64,000 nt of DNA from Nitrospirota bacterium (GCA_963754875.1 CAVWHO010000020.1:320001-384000), one strand, 5' to 3'; counted from the first letter of the stretch, positions 1 to 9,453 are shown. The notes: a model not told the origin generated them from the sequence alone. Numbers and translations: made by a program.

Positions 1-273
1 TTCATGCGGCGAAAGAACGGTGCATCGATAATCGTCGCCGTGCCCCGGTTCCTGACCAGCCTTATTTCGGGGACCGGAGCAATGCCCTTCGGCAAGGGAG
101 CCTGGGAGAATACGATGCTTGTACTGCCCGAGGCTGTTCAGGGTGGAACCTATCGGAACGTGTTCACCGGAGAAGTCGTTACGGCGCATGCGGAGAGCAG
201 TGAACAGGGGATATTCTTCTCCGATATTTTCGGGAGCTTTCCTGTTGCACTTCTGGAAAGCTCTCCGGCTTGA
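1..273 (+). CDS. treY: C-terminal part of malto-oligosyltrehalose synthase (5' end outside window)
   Basis: Frame reads ...IVAVPRFLTSL..GKGAWENTMLVLP...YRNVFTGE...SDIFGSFPVALL, the typical TreY C-terminus. Compatible-solute context fits. Confidence 0.7.
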   Translation, partial: FMRRKNGASIIVAVPRFLTSLISGTGAMPFGKGAWENTMLVLPEAVQGGTYRNVFTGEVVTAHAESSEQGIFFSDIFGSFPVALLESSPA

Positions 274-582
274 AATGATCGGGCCGCCTCATGAGAGGGC
301 CGGACCAGGTGCACCGCAAACCCGATGACGTCCATCTGCAAAAAACTTTTACAGACGTGCACGCGGAATATTTTCTGCGAGCGGTCGGCCAAAGTATGCA
401 CGATTGACAAACAATGGAACCATGACCTATAATCGGCTCTCACACGAGCAATTCATAACGACTCAGGGACTGACACGCCCGGAAGTACATCTGCCGGTTT
501 GACAGGTGCGCCGGGAAAGAGGGCTGGCAAAGAGCATTCATGCACAGAGATGCTTGTGGCGGCCCTTTGTATTTTATTTCCG

Positions 583-1380
583 ATGACGAAAACGATTATC
601 TTCACCGACCTCGACGGCACGCTGCTGCATCCGAAAAATTACTCCTTTATGGATGCGCTGCCTGCGCTCGAATTGATCCGAGAAAGAGACATCCCGCTCG
701 TCCTATGCTCCAGCAAGACGAGAGCGGAGATGGAAGTCTACCGGAAGCGGCTGAAGAACAAGCACCCCTTCATCGTGGAAAACGGGGCGGCCCTGTACCT
801 GCCAATGGGATATTTTATGTTTTTTACGGGGAGCGTGAGAGGCGGGGACTATATTGTAAGCGAATTCGGGAAACCCTATGATGAGATCAGGAAAGAGTTT
901 GCGGTCCTGCGTGAAAAACTGCACGTCCCGGTAAAGGGCTTCGGCGATATGACCCTCGAGGAAATTTCCGAAGTGACGGGCCTCTCGAAGGACGAGGCCG
1001 CCCTTGCCCGGCAACGGGAGTTCGGCGAACCGTTCATTTTTGAGCAAAGACCTGACGATCGTTTTTTTCAAGCCATTGAAGCACGCGGACTACGGTGGAC
1101 CCAAGGCAGGCTCTATTACCTCATGGGCGACCATGACAAGGGAAAAGCAGTAGGGCTTCTGAAATCATGGTACCAGGCAGAGTATGGTAAACTTATAACT
1201 ATTGGACTCGGCGACGGTTTGAATGATCTGCCGCTGCTCCGGGAAGTGGACCACCCGGTTCTTATCCAGAAGGAGGACGGCAGCTATGACCCGCGCATCG
1301 ATCTTCCCGGCCTCATTAAAGCGGAAGGCATCGGACCCATAGGATGGAACCGTGCGGTACTGGAGTTGCTGAAACAGTGA
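583..1380 (+). CDS. HAD-IIB mannosyl/glucosyl-3-phosphoglycerate phosphatase (MpgP/GpgP)
   Basis: Motifs IFTDLDGTLL, CSSKTRAE, IVENGA, DKGKAV, GLGDGLND. ATG 583 preferred over TTG 499. Confidence 0.9.
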   Translation: MTKTIIFTDLDGTLLHPKNYSFMDALPALELIRERDIPLVLCSSKTRAEMEVYRKRLKNKHPFIVENGAALYLPMGYFMFFTGSVRGGDYIVSEFGKPYDEIRKEFAVLREKLHVPVKGFGDMTLEEISEVTGLSKDEAALARQREFGEPFIFEQRPDDRFFQAIEARGLRWTQGRLYYLMGDHDKGKAVGLLKSWYQAEYGKLITIGLGDGLNDLPLLREVDHPVLIQKEDGSYDPRIDLPGLIKAEGIGPIGWNRAVLELLKQ

Positions 1381-2733
1381 CGAGAGAACCTCTGATGGAC
1401 ATCTTCAACGCGGGCCTGGCCGCCGTTGATCCCTATCATGCCGTAATCAGGGAGCTGCGGACTGTAAACGGACAACTATATGCAGGCGGGCGCGTGTACG
1501 AGCCCGCCGCTTTTGACCGCATCATTGTCGTTGGCGCGGGTAAGGCGACAGCGCGCATGGCTGAGGCTGTTGAGGAAACTCTCGGGAGCAGCGTCGACGA
1601 TGGCCTCATCATCGTAAAATATGGTCATACCGGCAGGCTCAGGATTACCGAGCAGATCGAGGCTGGCCATCCGATTCCTGATGAGGCGGGAGTGCGGGGA
1701 ACGGAGAGGATCCTCGAGCTGGTTCGTCGCGCGGACGAGAAAACTCTCGTCATCTGCCTTCTCTCGGGAGGCGGCTCTGCGCTGCTCGTTGCGCCGCTGC
1801 CCGGCATCACGCTGGAAGACAAACAACTGACCACGGACCTGCTTTTGAAAGCCGGCGCGAATATCCGACGAATTGAACACGGTTCGCAAACATCTGTCCG
1901 CGATAAAAGGCGGCAGACTTGCACGGGCGGCTTATCCTGCCATTCTGGTGACGCTGGTCCTTTCCGACGTGATCGGAGACAGACTTGACGTGATCGCGTC
2001 CGGTCCCACTGCGCCGGACAGCACGACCTATGTTGATGCCGACTTCGTGATCTCAAAGTACGGGCTCAAGGCGGCGCTTCCTCCCCGGGTCGCTGCATTT
2101 ATTGAAAGGGGCGTTTCCGGGAAGGAGCCGGAAACAGCCAAGAGCGGAGAGTCCTGTTTCTTGAAATGCAGGAACGTGATCGTCGGCTCGATTGCGCAGG
2201 CCCTTGCTGCGGCAAGCGAAAAGGCCATGGCGCTTGGCTATACTGCCGAAATTTATACCGCTGAGCTCCAGGGCGAGGCCCGTGATGCGGCCCGTAGGTT
2301 GGCACAAACAGCGTTTCGGATCCGGGACAGCCTGAAACCCGGGGAGAGACGCTGCCTTCTCTCCGGCGGGGAGACGACGGTGACGGTCCGAGGAAAAGGA
2401 AAGGGCGGCAGAAACCAGGAACTGGCGCTTGCCTTCGCGGTGGAGCTCGCAGGCAGGGAAGGGATCACTCTGCTTTCCGCCGGCACCGATGGAACGGACG
2501 GTCCAACCGATGCAGCGGGCGCTGTGGTTGACGCATCCACCGTGCAACTGGCGAGAGCATGGGGCATTCATCCGGAGACCTATCTGGGAAACAACGATTC
2601 CTACACGTTTTTTCACGAGGTAGACTCTTTCTGCAATACGAAACATCACGTCATCACGGGACCGACGGGAACGAACGTCATGGACATGCAGATCATTCTC
2701 ACCGAGGCTAAACCGGGCGGAGCGGCAGGGTGA
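1377..2733 (+). pseudogene. Glycerate 2-kinase (MOFRL/TtuD family), split by a +1 frameshift at 1865-1866 (real lesion or sequencing error)
   Basis: N-half has VVGAGKA, AGHPIPD, LLSGGGSAL. C-half has NTVRKHLSAIKGG, IASGPT, GGRNQE, GTDGTDG, TGPTGTNVMD. Removing one C in ATCC gives a continuous AGANIDELNTVRKHLS. GTG start overlaps the upstream TGA. Confidence 0.85.
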
Positions 2734-2755
2734 CATACGTGAACCTGAGAGCGGC

Positions 2756-4015
2756 ATGAACAGCATCATTTCCAGAAAAGAGATAGCGGACCAGATCGAG
2801 AGCGTAAAGGCCGCCGATATACTTGTCGGCATCCCGAGCTACAACAATGCCCGGACCATCGGTCACGTCGTGCGGGCAGTCCAGGCGGGCCTCGCCAAAT
2901 ATTTCCCCGATCTGAAATCCGTGATCGTGGATTCCGACGGCGGGTCAACCGACGGGACCACGGAAATCGTACGGAACACGGTTGTCGAGGATTTTCAATC
3001 CATTCTGCTTCATCACCGGGTGTCGCCCGTGTTCAAGATGGCCGTACCCTATCATGGGCTGCCGGGCAAGGGAAGCGCCTTTCGCACGATCTTCGAGATT
3101 GCAGACGCCCTGAACGTCAAGGCCTGCGCCGTGGTGGATTCGGACCTCCGGAGCATAACTCCCGAGTGGATCGAACTTCTTTTGAAACCGGTGCTCGAAG
3201 AAGGGTTCGATTACGTCGCCCCCCTTTACCACCGGCACAAGTACGACGGGACGATTACGAATAGCATCATCTATCCTCTCACCCGGGCGCTCTACGGCAA
3301 GCGCGTACGTCAGCCCATCGGCGGGGACTTTGGTTTTTCCGGTTCCCTCGCGAAACATTATCTCACCCAGGACGTGTGGCAGACGGACGTTGCCCGATAC
3401 GGCATCGATATCTGGATGACCACGGAAGCAATCGCCAATAACTGCAAAATCGCCCAGGCTTTTCTCGGCGCGAAGATACACGATCCGAAAGACCCCGGAT
3501 CGGACCTCTCCTCCATGCTCTACCAGGTAGCTGGCTCGACCTTCGGGCTGATGGAAGCCTACTCCGCGGTCTGGAAAACGGTCAAGGACTCCGGGCCGGT
3601 GCCGACCTTCGGGTTTCAGTACGAGGTGGGGCTCGAGCAGGTGAATGTGGACGTCGGGAGGATGCTCAGGTTCTTTAGGGAAGGGATCCGGAATCTGAAA
3701 GATATCTGGGTCGAGGTCCTCGGGAACGGGGACTGCGGTGAACTGGCAGCATTAAGCTCGCGTCCCGACGAGGAGTTCCGGTTCCCCCTCGGGCTGTGGA
3801 CCCGGATCGTGTACGATTACGCCCTTGCTTATCATAAAAACAAATTTCCCGCCGAACACCTGCTGAAATCGCTGACGCCGCTCTACCTGGGGAAGACCGC
3901 CTCCTTTATCATGGAAGTGCGCGACCTGAGCCAGCGTGATGCGGAGGAAGAAATCGAGAAGCTCTGCATGGAGTTCGAGGAGAACAAGGCGCATTTGATC
4001 AACAATTGGACGTAA
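2756..4015 (+). CDS. GT-A glycosyltransferase, glucosylglycerate synthase (GgS)-like
   Basis: VGIPSYNNARTI, SDGGSTDGT, PGKGSAF, VDSDLRSITPEW, RHKYDGTITN, RQPIGGDF, YGIDIWMT. Confidence 0.8.
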   Translation: MNSIISRKEIADQIESVKAADILVGIPSYNNARTIGHVVRAVQAGLAKYFPDLKSVIVDSDGGSTDGTTEIVRNTVVEDFQSILLHHRVSPVFKMAVPYHGLPGKGSAFRTIFEIADALNVKACAVVDSDLRSITPEWIELLLKPVLEEGFDYVAPLYHRHKYDGTITNSIIYPLTRALYGKRVRQPIGGDFGFSGSLAKHYLTQDVWQTDVARYGIDIWMTTEAIANNCKIAQAFLGAKIHDPKDPGSDLSSMLYQVAGSTFGLMEAYSAVWKTVKDSGPVPTFGFQYEVGLEQVNVDVGRMLRFFREGIRNLKDIWVEVLGNGDCGELAALSSRPDEEFRFPLGLWTRIVYDYALAYHKNKFPAEHLLKSLTPLYLGKTASFIMEVRDLSQRDAEEEIEKLCMEFEENKAHLINNWT

Positions 4016-4031
4016 TCTAAGGGGGTGCACA

Positions 4032-4730
4032 ATGACGGATTTCCTCAATTTGATCCTGGAGCCGCTCAAGGAGGTATTCCAGAAGTTCTTCAAATTTCTT
4101 CCCAACCTGCTCGCGATGCTGATCATCATCCTGATCGGGATCATCGCGGCACGGATCGCCCGGGCCGTGCTGCTCATGTTGCTTAAGGCGATCAACTTTG
4201 ACTCATGGAGCGACCGGATGGGCCTCACGTCGGTGATGAGGAAGGGGGACCTGTGGGCCAAGCCGTCAGCCGCTGTCGGCGCCTTTGTGTTCTGGCTCCT
4301 TATTATCGTCGCGTTCATGGCGGGGTTGAACGCCCTGCAGGTAAGCGCCATCGACAGCCTGACGTCGCAGTTCGTGCTCTACCTTCCGCGGGTCCTTGCG
4401 GCCGTCCTGATTCTCGTCTTTGGATACATCGGGACAGGATTCATCGGCAGGGCGGTCCTCATCTCGGCCGTGAACAGTGGCTATCATTTCGCCAAGCTTT
4501 TTGCCGAGGCGGTCCGGATCCTGCTCGTGGTGCTTTTCGTCGCCATGGCGCTGGAGCAGCTGCAGGTGGCCCCCAATATTGTCGTGGCGGCTTTCTCTAT
4601 CATCTTTGGCGGTATTGTGCTGGCCCTGGCCATCGCCTTCGGCGTAGGCGGCATCGACGCCGCCAAAAAAGTTATAGAGGAAGAGACTGAGAAGAAAGAG
4701 GAAGGGAAACGGGATATAGAACACATTTAA
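4032..4730 (+). CDS. CmpX-like membrane protein with conserved TM-helix repeats (MscS-associated TM helix family)
   Basis: Two LP(N/R)(L/V)LA.. TM repeats and C-terminal ALAIAFGVGG. Confidence 0.75.
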   Translation: MTDFLNLILEPLKEVFQKFFKFLPNLLAMLIIILIGIIAARIARAVLLMLLKAINFDSWSDRMGLTSVMRKGDLWAKPSAAVGAFVFWLLIIVAFMAGLNALQVSAIDSLTSQFVLYLPRVLAAVLILVFGYIGTGFIGRAVLISAVNSGYHFAKLFAEAVRILLVVLFVAMALEQLQVAPNIVVAAFSIIFGGIVLALAIAFGVGGIDAAKKVIEEETEKKEEGKRDIEHI

Positions 4731-4739
4731 GGAGGCGCT

Positions 4740-5948
4740 ATGTCGGATTTTTACCAGACAGGGATCATCACCACGCTCCATGATCTCGGTAAACAGTCCC
4801 TGGAACGACTAGAGCAGGAACTGGGCCGTTATTCCCAAGCCCGGCCAATGGCTCTGGTGTTGCCCGCGCTCTACTCCGAGTTCGAGGGGCCTGCCATGCC
4901 GGGGATCGTGCAGGAGCTTTCGAAGGTGAAATATCTTTGTGAGATCGTGCTCGTCCTGGACAAAGCGTCTGACAAGGAGTTCGAGCACGTCAGGCGTTTC
5001 ATGGCGCCGATCTCCGGAAATGTAAAGGTCATACACAATGACGGCAAACGAGTCACGGAAATCTACGACACCTTCAAACGGAATGGGTTGGATGTCGGCG
5101 AGCGGGGAAAAGGGCGGTCCGCCTGGCTGGCCTACGGGTTTGTGATTGCGGGAGGCACATGCGATGTGATTGCGCTCCACGATTGCGACATCGTGAATTA
5201 CAGCAGGAAGCTTCTCGCCCGGTTGTGCTACCCCGTGGTGAACCCGAACATGGATTATGTCTTCTGCAAGGGATACTACAGCAGGGTCACGAACAAGATG
5301 CATGGCCGCGTCACCCGTCTTCTTGTGACCCCGCTCGTCCGGTCTCTTCAAAAGCTGGGAGGGGAACACCAGTTTCTTCAATTCATCGATAGCTTCCGTT
5401 ACCCTCTCGCTGGCGAGTTCGCGATGACCACAGACGTGGCGAGGGTCAACCGTATACCCTGGGACTGGGGGCTGGAGGTAGGGTCTCTCGCCGAGGTTTA
5501 CCGGAACTATTCTCCGCGCCGCGTGTGCCAGGTGGACATCGCCGAAACCTACGAACATAAGCATCAGATCCTTTCTCCGGAAGATCCGGAAAAGGGATTA
5601 ATGAAGATGACTGTAGATATCTGCAAATCTCTCTTCAGGAACCTGGCATCGGAAGGAGTTGTCTTTTCAGACGGTTTTTTCAAGTCTCTGTCCGTCGCCT
5701 ATCTGCGAAGCGCCGAGGACGCCATCATTAAATACGAGGCCGATGCCGCAATCAACGGTTTGGAGTTCGACCGGCATGAAGAAGCGAAAGCCGTTGAAGC
5801 CTTTACCCGTGCCATTGCTCAAGCAGCAAAGGTTTTTATGGAGGACCCCATGAGCACGCCCCTCATCCCGAACTGGAACAGGGTGACATCGGCAATCCCG
5901 GGTATTCTGGATATGCTGAAAAAGGCGGTGGAAGAAGACAATAAGTAA
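4740..5948 (+). CDS. gpgS: Glucosyl-3-phosphoglycerate synthase
   Basis: N-terminus MSDFYQTGIITTLH, GKGRSAW, ALHDCDI, FCKGYYSR, SFRYPLAGEF, DWGLEVG, YEHKHQ. RBS AAGGAGG. Confidence 0.85.
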   Translation: MSDFYQTGIITTLHDLGKQSLERLEQELGRYSQARPMALVLPALYSEFEGPAMPGIVQELSKVKYLCEIVLVLDKASDKEFEHVRRFMAPISGNVKVIHNDGKRVTEIYDTFKRNGLDVGERGKGRSAWLAYGFVIAGGTCDVIALHDCDIVNYSRKLLARLCYPVVNPNMDYVFCKGYYSRVTNKMHGRVTRLLVTPLVRSLQKLGGEHQFLQFIDSFRYPLAGEFAMTTDVARVNRIPWDWGLEVGSLAEVYRNYSPRRVCQVDIAETYEHKHQILSPEDPEKGLMKMTVDICKSLFRNLASEGVVFSDGFFKSLSVAYLRSAEDAIIKYEADAAINGLEFDRHEEAKAVEAFTRAIAQAAKVFMEDPMSTPLIPNWNRVTSAIPGILDMLKKAVEEDNK

Positions 5949-6180
5949 AGACGAACCGGTCCGTCCTGCAATCCACGATTTTGTGTTTTCTCAATGTATC
6001 GGAAAACAGCTTTCCTTTTTGATGACGATTATTTTTCTGATACTTAACTCCTAAAAAATCCTCTCTGCATTTTTTAAATCCTTACCATATTCGTTGTAGC
6101 ATATCCTGCAGAGAATCGAGCCACAAGCTTCAGTCGAAAAAAAAAGAAAAAAAATCGTTCGAAAAAACAACGAATAAAGC

Positions 6181-6196
6181 TGGCATAGGAGATGCA
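6181..6196 (+). promoter_or_regulatory. Putative sigma54 (-24/-12) promoter of the metal operon
   Basis: TGGCATAGGAGATGCA has GG-N10-GC with exact spacing, 90 bp upstream of ATG 6286. Confidence 0.55.
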
Positions 6197-6285
6197 ATAA
6201 TTCAAATGCAAAGGATTTGCAGTAAAATAATTCAGGTGGTGTTCCGCGTTCATGCAGTACTCGTATTTGGGACGGGAGGCTCAAC

Positions 6286-6525
6286 ATGATGCACTGGGGA
6301 AACTGGGGAGGCTACGGATGGGGAATGGGGTTCGGGTGGATATTCATGGTTATCTTCTGGGCACTGGTTATTTTCGGAATTGTCTATATCGTCCAGTCCC
6401 TGACGCGGAGGGCCGGACAGTCAGGGAAGGAAGAGTCTGCCCTCGACATGCTGAAGAAGCGATACGCCAAGGGAGAGATCACCAAAGAAGAATTTGACCG
6501 AATGAAAGACGACCTGCAAAAATGA
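6286..6525 (+). CDS. SHOCT-domain membrane protein
   Basis: Gly/Trp/Met-rich N-terminus, one TM helix, SALDMLKKRYAKGEITKEEF. RBS GGAGG. Confidence 0.85.
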   Translation: MMHWGNWGGYGWGMGFGWIFMVIFWALVIFGIVYIVQSLTRRAGQSGKEESALDMLKKRYAKGEITKEEFDRMKDDLQK

Positions 6526-6536
6526 GGGGAAAAGCC

Positions 6537-6839
6537 ATGAAGATGATAACGGCGATTGTGAGGACAACCAGCCTTCAGCGCGTCATCCAACAGCTCGAAA
6601 AAATCGGCATACGGGGGTTGACGCTTTCCGAGGTCAAGGGTCTTGGCGAGGAAGTGCGGCTGAACAACCCCTATTCCATTCACGACAAGATCGAACTTCT
6701 TATCGCCGACGACAAAGCGGACGAAGCGGCGAACATTATTCTTGAACATGCTGCGACCGGTCTTGCCGGCGACGGTGTTGTAGCCGTCTGGCCCGTGGAT
6801 TACGCGGTCAGGATCAGGTCGAAGGAGCAGTTGATATGA
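6537..6839 (+). CDS. P-II family signalling protein (short T-loop, metal-cluster type)
   Basis: MKMITAIVR...GLTLSEVKGLG...KIELLI...TGLAGDGVV...VRIRS. Confidence 0.85.
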   Translation: MKMITAIVRTTSLQRVIQQLEKIGIRGLTLSEVKGLGEEVRLNNPYSIHDKIELLIADDKADEAANIILEHAATGLAGDGVVAVWPVDYAVRIRSKEQLI

Positions 6840-7240
6840 ACCGGAAAGAACGTCTGCGTCAGGCGCGCGAAAGCAGGGAAGAGGCACTGCTTCTCATGCA
6901 CGAACATATGGGAAATAAGGCTGTGCTCACGAAAATTTATCATGCCATGATGAGTTGTCTTTTCGCGCTTTTTAATATACGGGACATCGGAAAATTGACC
7001 CATGCAGATATCATCGGCCGGTTCGAAGAGGAGTTCGTACACGCGGGGAAAATGGACGAGACGATTCTGGCCGCCCTTCACCGGACGTACGACCTGACCC
7101 ACGAGTGCGACTGCGGGCATATGCCGGTGCCGACGGAAGAAGAAATTACGTCCGCGATGAAGGCCGCGCAGGGACTCATCGCCGCAACTGAAGGATTTTT
7201 GGGGACGGAGGTGACGGTACATGAAAACAGCGCTGTTTAA
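6836..7240 (+). CDS. HEPN-like domain protein (degenerate)
   Basis: Resembles HEPN/DUF86-UPF0332: ARESREEA, IYHAMM, THADIIGRFEEEFVHAGKMD. The usual R-x3-DY region is replaced by THECDCGH. Confidence 0.6.
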   Translation: MNRKERLRQARESREEALLLMHEHMGNKAVLTKIYHAMMSCLFALFNIRDIGKLTHADIIGRFEEEFVHAGKMDETILAALHRTYDLTHECDCGHMPVPTEEEITSAMKAAQGLIAATEGFLGTEVTVHENSAV

Positions 7241-7436
7241 AGTGGAAAAAACGCTCTGCGCGGAGTGTTCGCTCGCGCTCAGGCGGTTCATAGGCGGCAT
7301 GGACGGCGTCGAGGAGATCGACGTGGAGAGCGGCAAGCTGGCCGTCCGGTACGACGAGGGGACCATCCCCGAGGAAAAGCTGACGAAGCTTGCGAAGGAC
7401 AGCATCGAGCGGCTGGGATACCGGCTGGAGGAATGA
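7221..7436 (+). CDS. Heavy-metal-associated (HMA) domain protein / copper chaperone
   Basis: 71 aa with TLCAEC metal motif and C-terminal IERLGY. RBS GGAGG. Confidence 0.8.
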   Translation: MKTALFKVEKTLCAECSLALRRFIGGMDGVEEIDVESGKLAVRYDEGTIPEEKLTKLAKDSIERLGYRLEE

Positions 7437-7458
7437 CCGGGTAAGGAGATGATACGGC

Positions 7459-8541
7459 ATGATACGAGATCCTATCTGTAACATGGAATGTTCCGAAGAC
7501 ACGGCTGTGAAAACCGACTTTCAGGGCGAAACGTACTATTTCTGCTCCGAAGGGTGCCGGGACAGGTTTCTGAAGCGAAGATCTTGCAAGCGTCCCCGCG
7601 ATTCTTATGATCTGATCATCGTCGGCGGCGGCCCCGCAGGCCTCACGGCGGCGGTCTACGCGGCGACGATGAAGATGGACGCCTTTCTCATCGCAAAAGA
7701 CCTGGGCGGCCAGGCCGTGGACAGCACGAAGATCGAGAACTACATGGGTTATGACTTCATCACCGGACCGCAGCTCGTCGAGAAGTTCCAGGAGCAACTC
7801 GTGCGCTCCCACTACATCGACCATGTGATAACCGAGGTCGAGAAGATCGAGGCTGCAGGGGGCGTGTTCCACGTCACGACCTCGGCGCTCACGACCTATA
7901 CCGCTAAGGCGGTGATCGTCACCACCGGCATGGCAAGGCGGACCCTGGGCGTGGAGGGCGAAGAACGGTTCCAGCGGACAGGAGTGTTCTACGGGAATAT
8001 CCAGGACCTGACCTTCGTCCACGACCAGGACGTGGTCGTGGTGGGCGGAGGCAATTCCGCGCTACAGATGGTCGAGAACCTGCACGGCATCGCCGCGAAG
8101 ATCCACATAGTCTCGGCCACGGAGCTGACCGCTGACCCGGCAATCATCGAGCGGGTCCGGTGCCTGGACAACCTGGACATCTACGAAGAGTATAAGGTCG
8201 TGGAGTTCGACGGAAACGCCTCTCTCGAAGGTGTGACGATCAGGAAGATGGCAGGGGAGGAAACGCTATGCCTCCCCGCACATGGCGTGTTCATCTCGAT
8301 CGGGTTCAAGCCGAATTCCGGCCTCGTAACGCATCTGGTGGACGTGAACGACCGGGGCGAGATCATGATCCAGCCGGACTGCTCGACCTCGATGCCTGGC
8401 GTCTTCGCGGCCGGTGACATTACGAACGCCTTCGGCAAAAGGATCATCATCGCTTCGGGAGAAGGTGCCAAGGCGGCCATGGCGGCAAGACAATACCTCC
8501 TTGATCTCAGAAAGAAAATGGCTGCGACCGCCTGCTCGTGA
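7459..8541 (+). CDS. YHS-domain / thioredoxin reductase (TrxB/AhpF)-like FAD-dependent oxidoreductase fusion
   Basis: N-terminal DPICNM...YYFCSEGC (YHS), GGGPAG, GGGNSA, TSMPGVFAAGD. The catalytic CxxC position reads GNIQ. Confidence 0.85.
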   Translation: MIRDPICNMECSEDTAVKTDFQGETYYFCSEGCRDRFLKRRSCKRPRDSYDLIIVGGGPAGLTAAVYAATMKMDAFLIAKDLGGQAVDSTKIENYMGYDFITGPQLVEKFQEQLVRSHYIDHVITEVEKIEAAGGVFHVTTSALTTYTAKAVIVTTGMARRTLGVEGEERFQRTGVFYGNIQDLTFVHDQDVVVVGGGNSALQMVENLHGIAAKIHIVSATELTADPAIIERVRCLDNLDIYEEYKVVEFDGNASLEGVTIRKMAGEETLCLPAHGVFISIGFKPNSGLVTHLVDVNDRGEIMIQPDCSTSMPGVFAAGDITNAFGKRIIIASGEGAKAAMAARQYLLDLRKKMAATACS

Positions 8542-8596
8542 TTGTCCCATCGACCAAGATGCCCGCCAATCAATCAGCGAAGGGAGAAATATTGCA

Positions 8597-9133
8597 ATGT
8601 TCATAACGACGGAAACGAACATTATAATAAACAACACTCCCGAAGCAATATGGGATTACGCTTCTGATCCTTCCAACTGGACCTCATCGAATCCCGAAGA
8701 GCATTTCGGGCTCGTTTACTACAACAGCAAGGACAACCGGCCTGCGACCGGCGTGGAATTTCATCAGCGAGAATCCGTGGCCGGCATCTATGCGGATCTG
8801 CGCGGGAGGTTTCTGAATGTCGAGCGGCCCCGCATCGCGGTGTGGTCAGGCACTGCGGTCTATCGCATGCTCGGCGGCCTGATTCGAGTACGGATCCCGG
8901 AAGGCGGCGTCGTCCGCGCGGAACCCGCGGCAAAGGGCACACACCTTTCCCATGACGTGTACATGGATTTTCCCAATTCAGCATGGGGCAGGATGCTTGC
9001 CTGGATATTCAAGGATATTCTGCAAGGCCCCAAGGCCGTGTACAACCATACCTATAAGGAACTGCTGTTCTTCAAGGAACACTTGGAAAAGGAACAACCG
9101 GCGCGAATAAAGGAGAACGCATCGTTCAACTGA
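8597..9133 (+). CDS. SRPBCC (START/polyketide cyclase-like) family protein
   Basis: TNIIINNTPEAIWDYASDPSNW N-terminal signature. RBS AGGGAG before ATG 8597. Confidence 0.65.
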   Translation: MFITTETNIIINNTPEAIWDYASDPSNWTSSNPEEHFGLVYYNSKDNRPATGVEFHQRESVAGIYADLRGRFLNVERPRIAVWSGTAVYRMLGGLIRVRIPEGGVVRAEPAAKGTHLSHDVYMDFPNSAWGRMLAWIFKDILQGPKAVYNHTYKELLFFKEHLEKEQPARIKENASFN

Positions 9134-9274
9134 GAAGAATATGAGAAAGCGGCAGGATGGGAAGCGGGAAACGGGTATAATAGATATTAATGAAAAGACT
9201 GCAGCGTTCATTCCAAGGAGAGGGAAGAAGACACATGCGCCGACTTTTATTTGACGCAGGAATTGGAGGAAAAC

Positions 9275-9388
9275 ATGACAAGCGAAGAAGACACAATCTA
9301 TACTTGCCCCATGCACCCCGAAGTACGGCAGAAGGGGCCCGGCAAATGCCCGAAATGCGGCATGTCGCTTGAGCCGACAAAAAAATAA
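9275..9388 (+). CDS. 37-aa stand-alone heavy-metal-binding (YTCPMHP...CPKCGM) microprotein
   Basis: Own translation [45 protein letters not shown] at 9265-9269. Below the ORF-track size cut-off. Confidence 0.8.
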   Translation: MTSEEDTIYTCPMHPEVRQKGPGKCPKCGMSLEPTKK

Positions 9389-9453
9389 TTACCGCTGCCC
9401 TGTCCCGGTTTCCCGGCTTTTTCCCGGCCCATCTTCGCCGTCAGGAGGAACAC

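Noticed and set aside
1860..1875. Programmed ribosomal frameshift in glycerate kinase (and at 36980 in the RND gene)
   Set aside because: No slippery heptamer or stimulatory structure. A simple insertion explains both.
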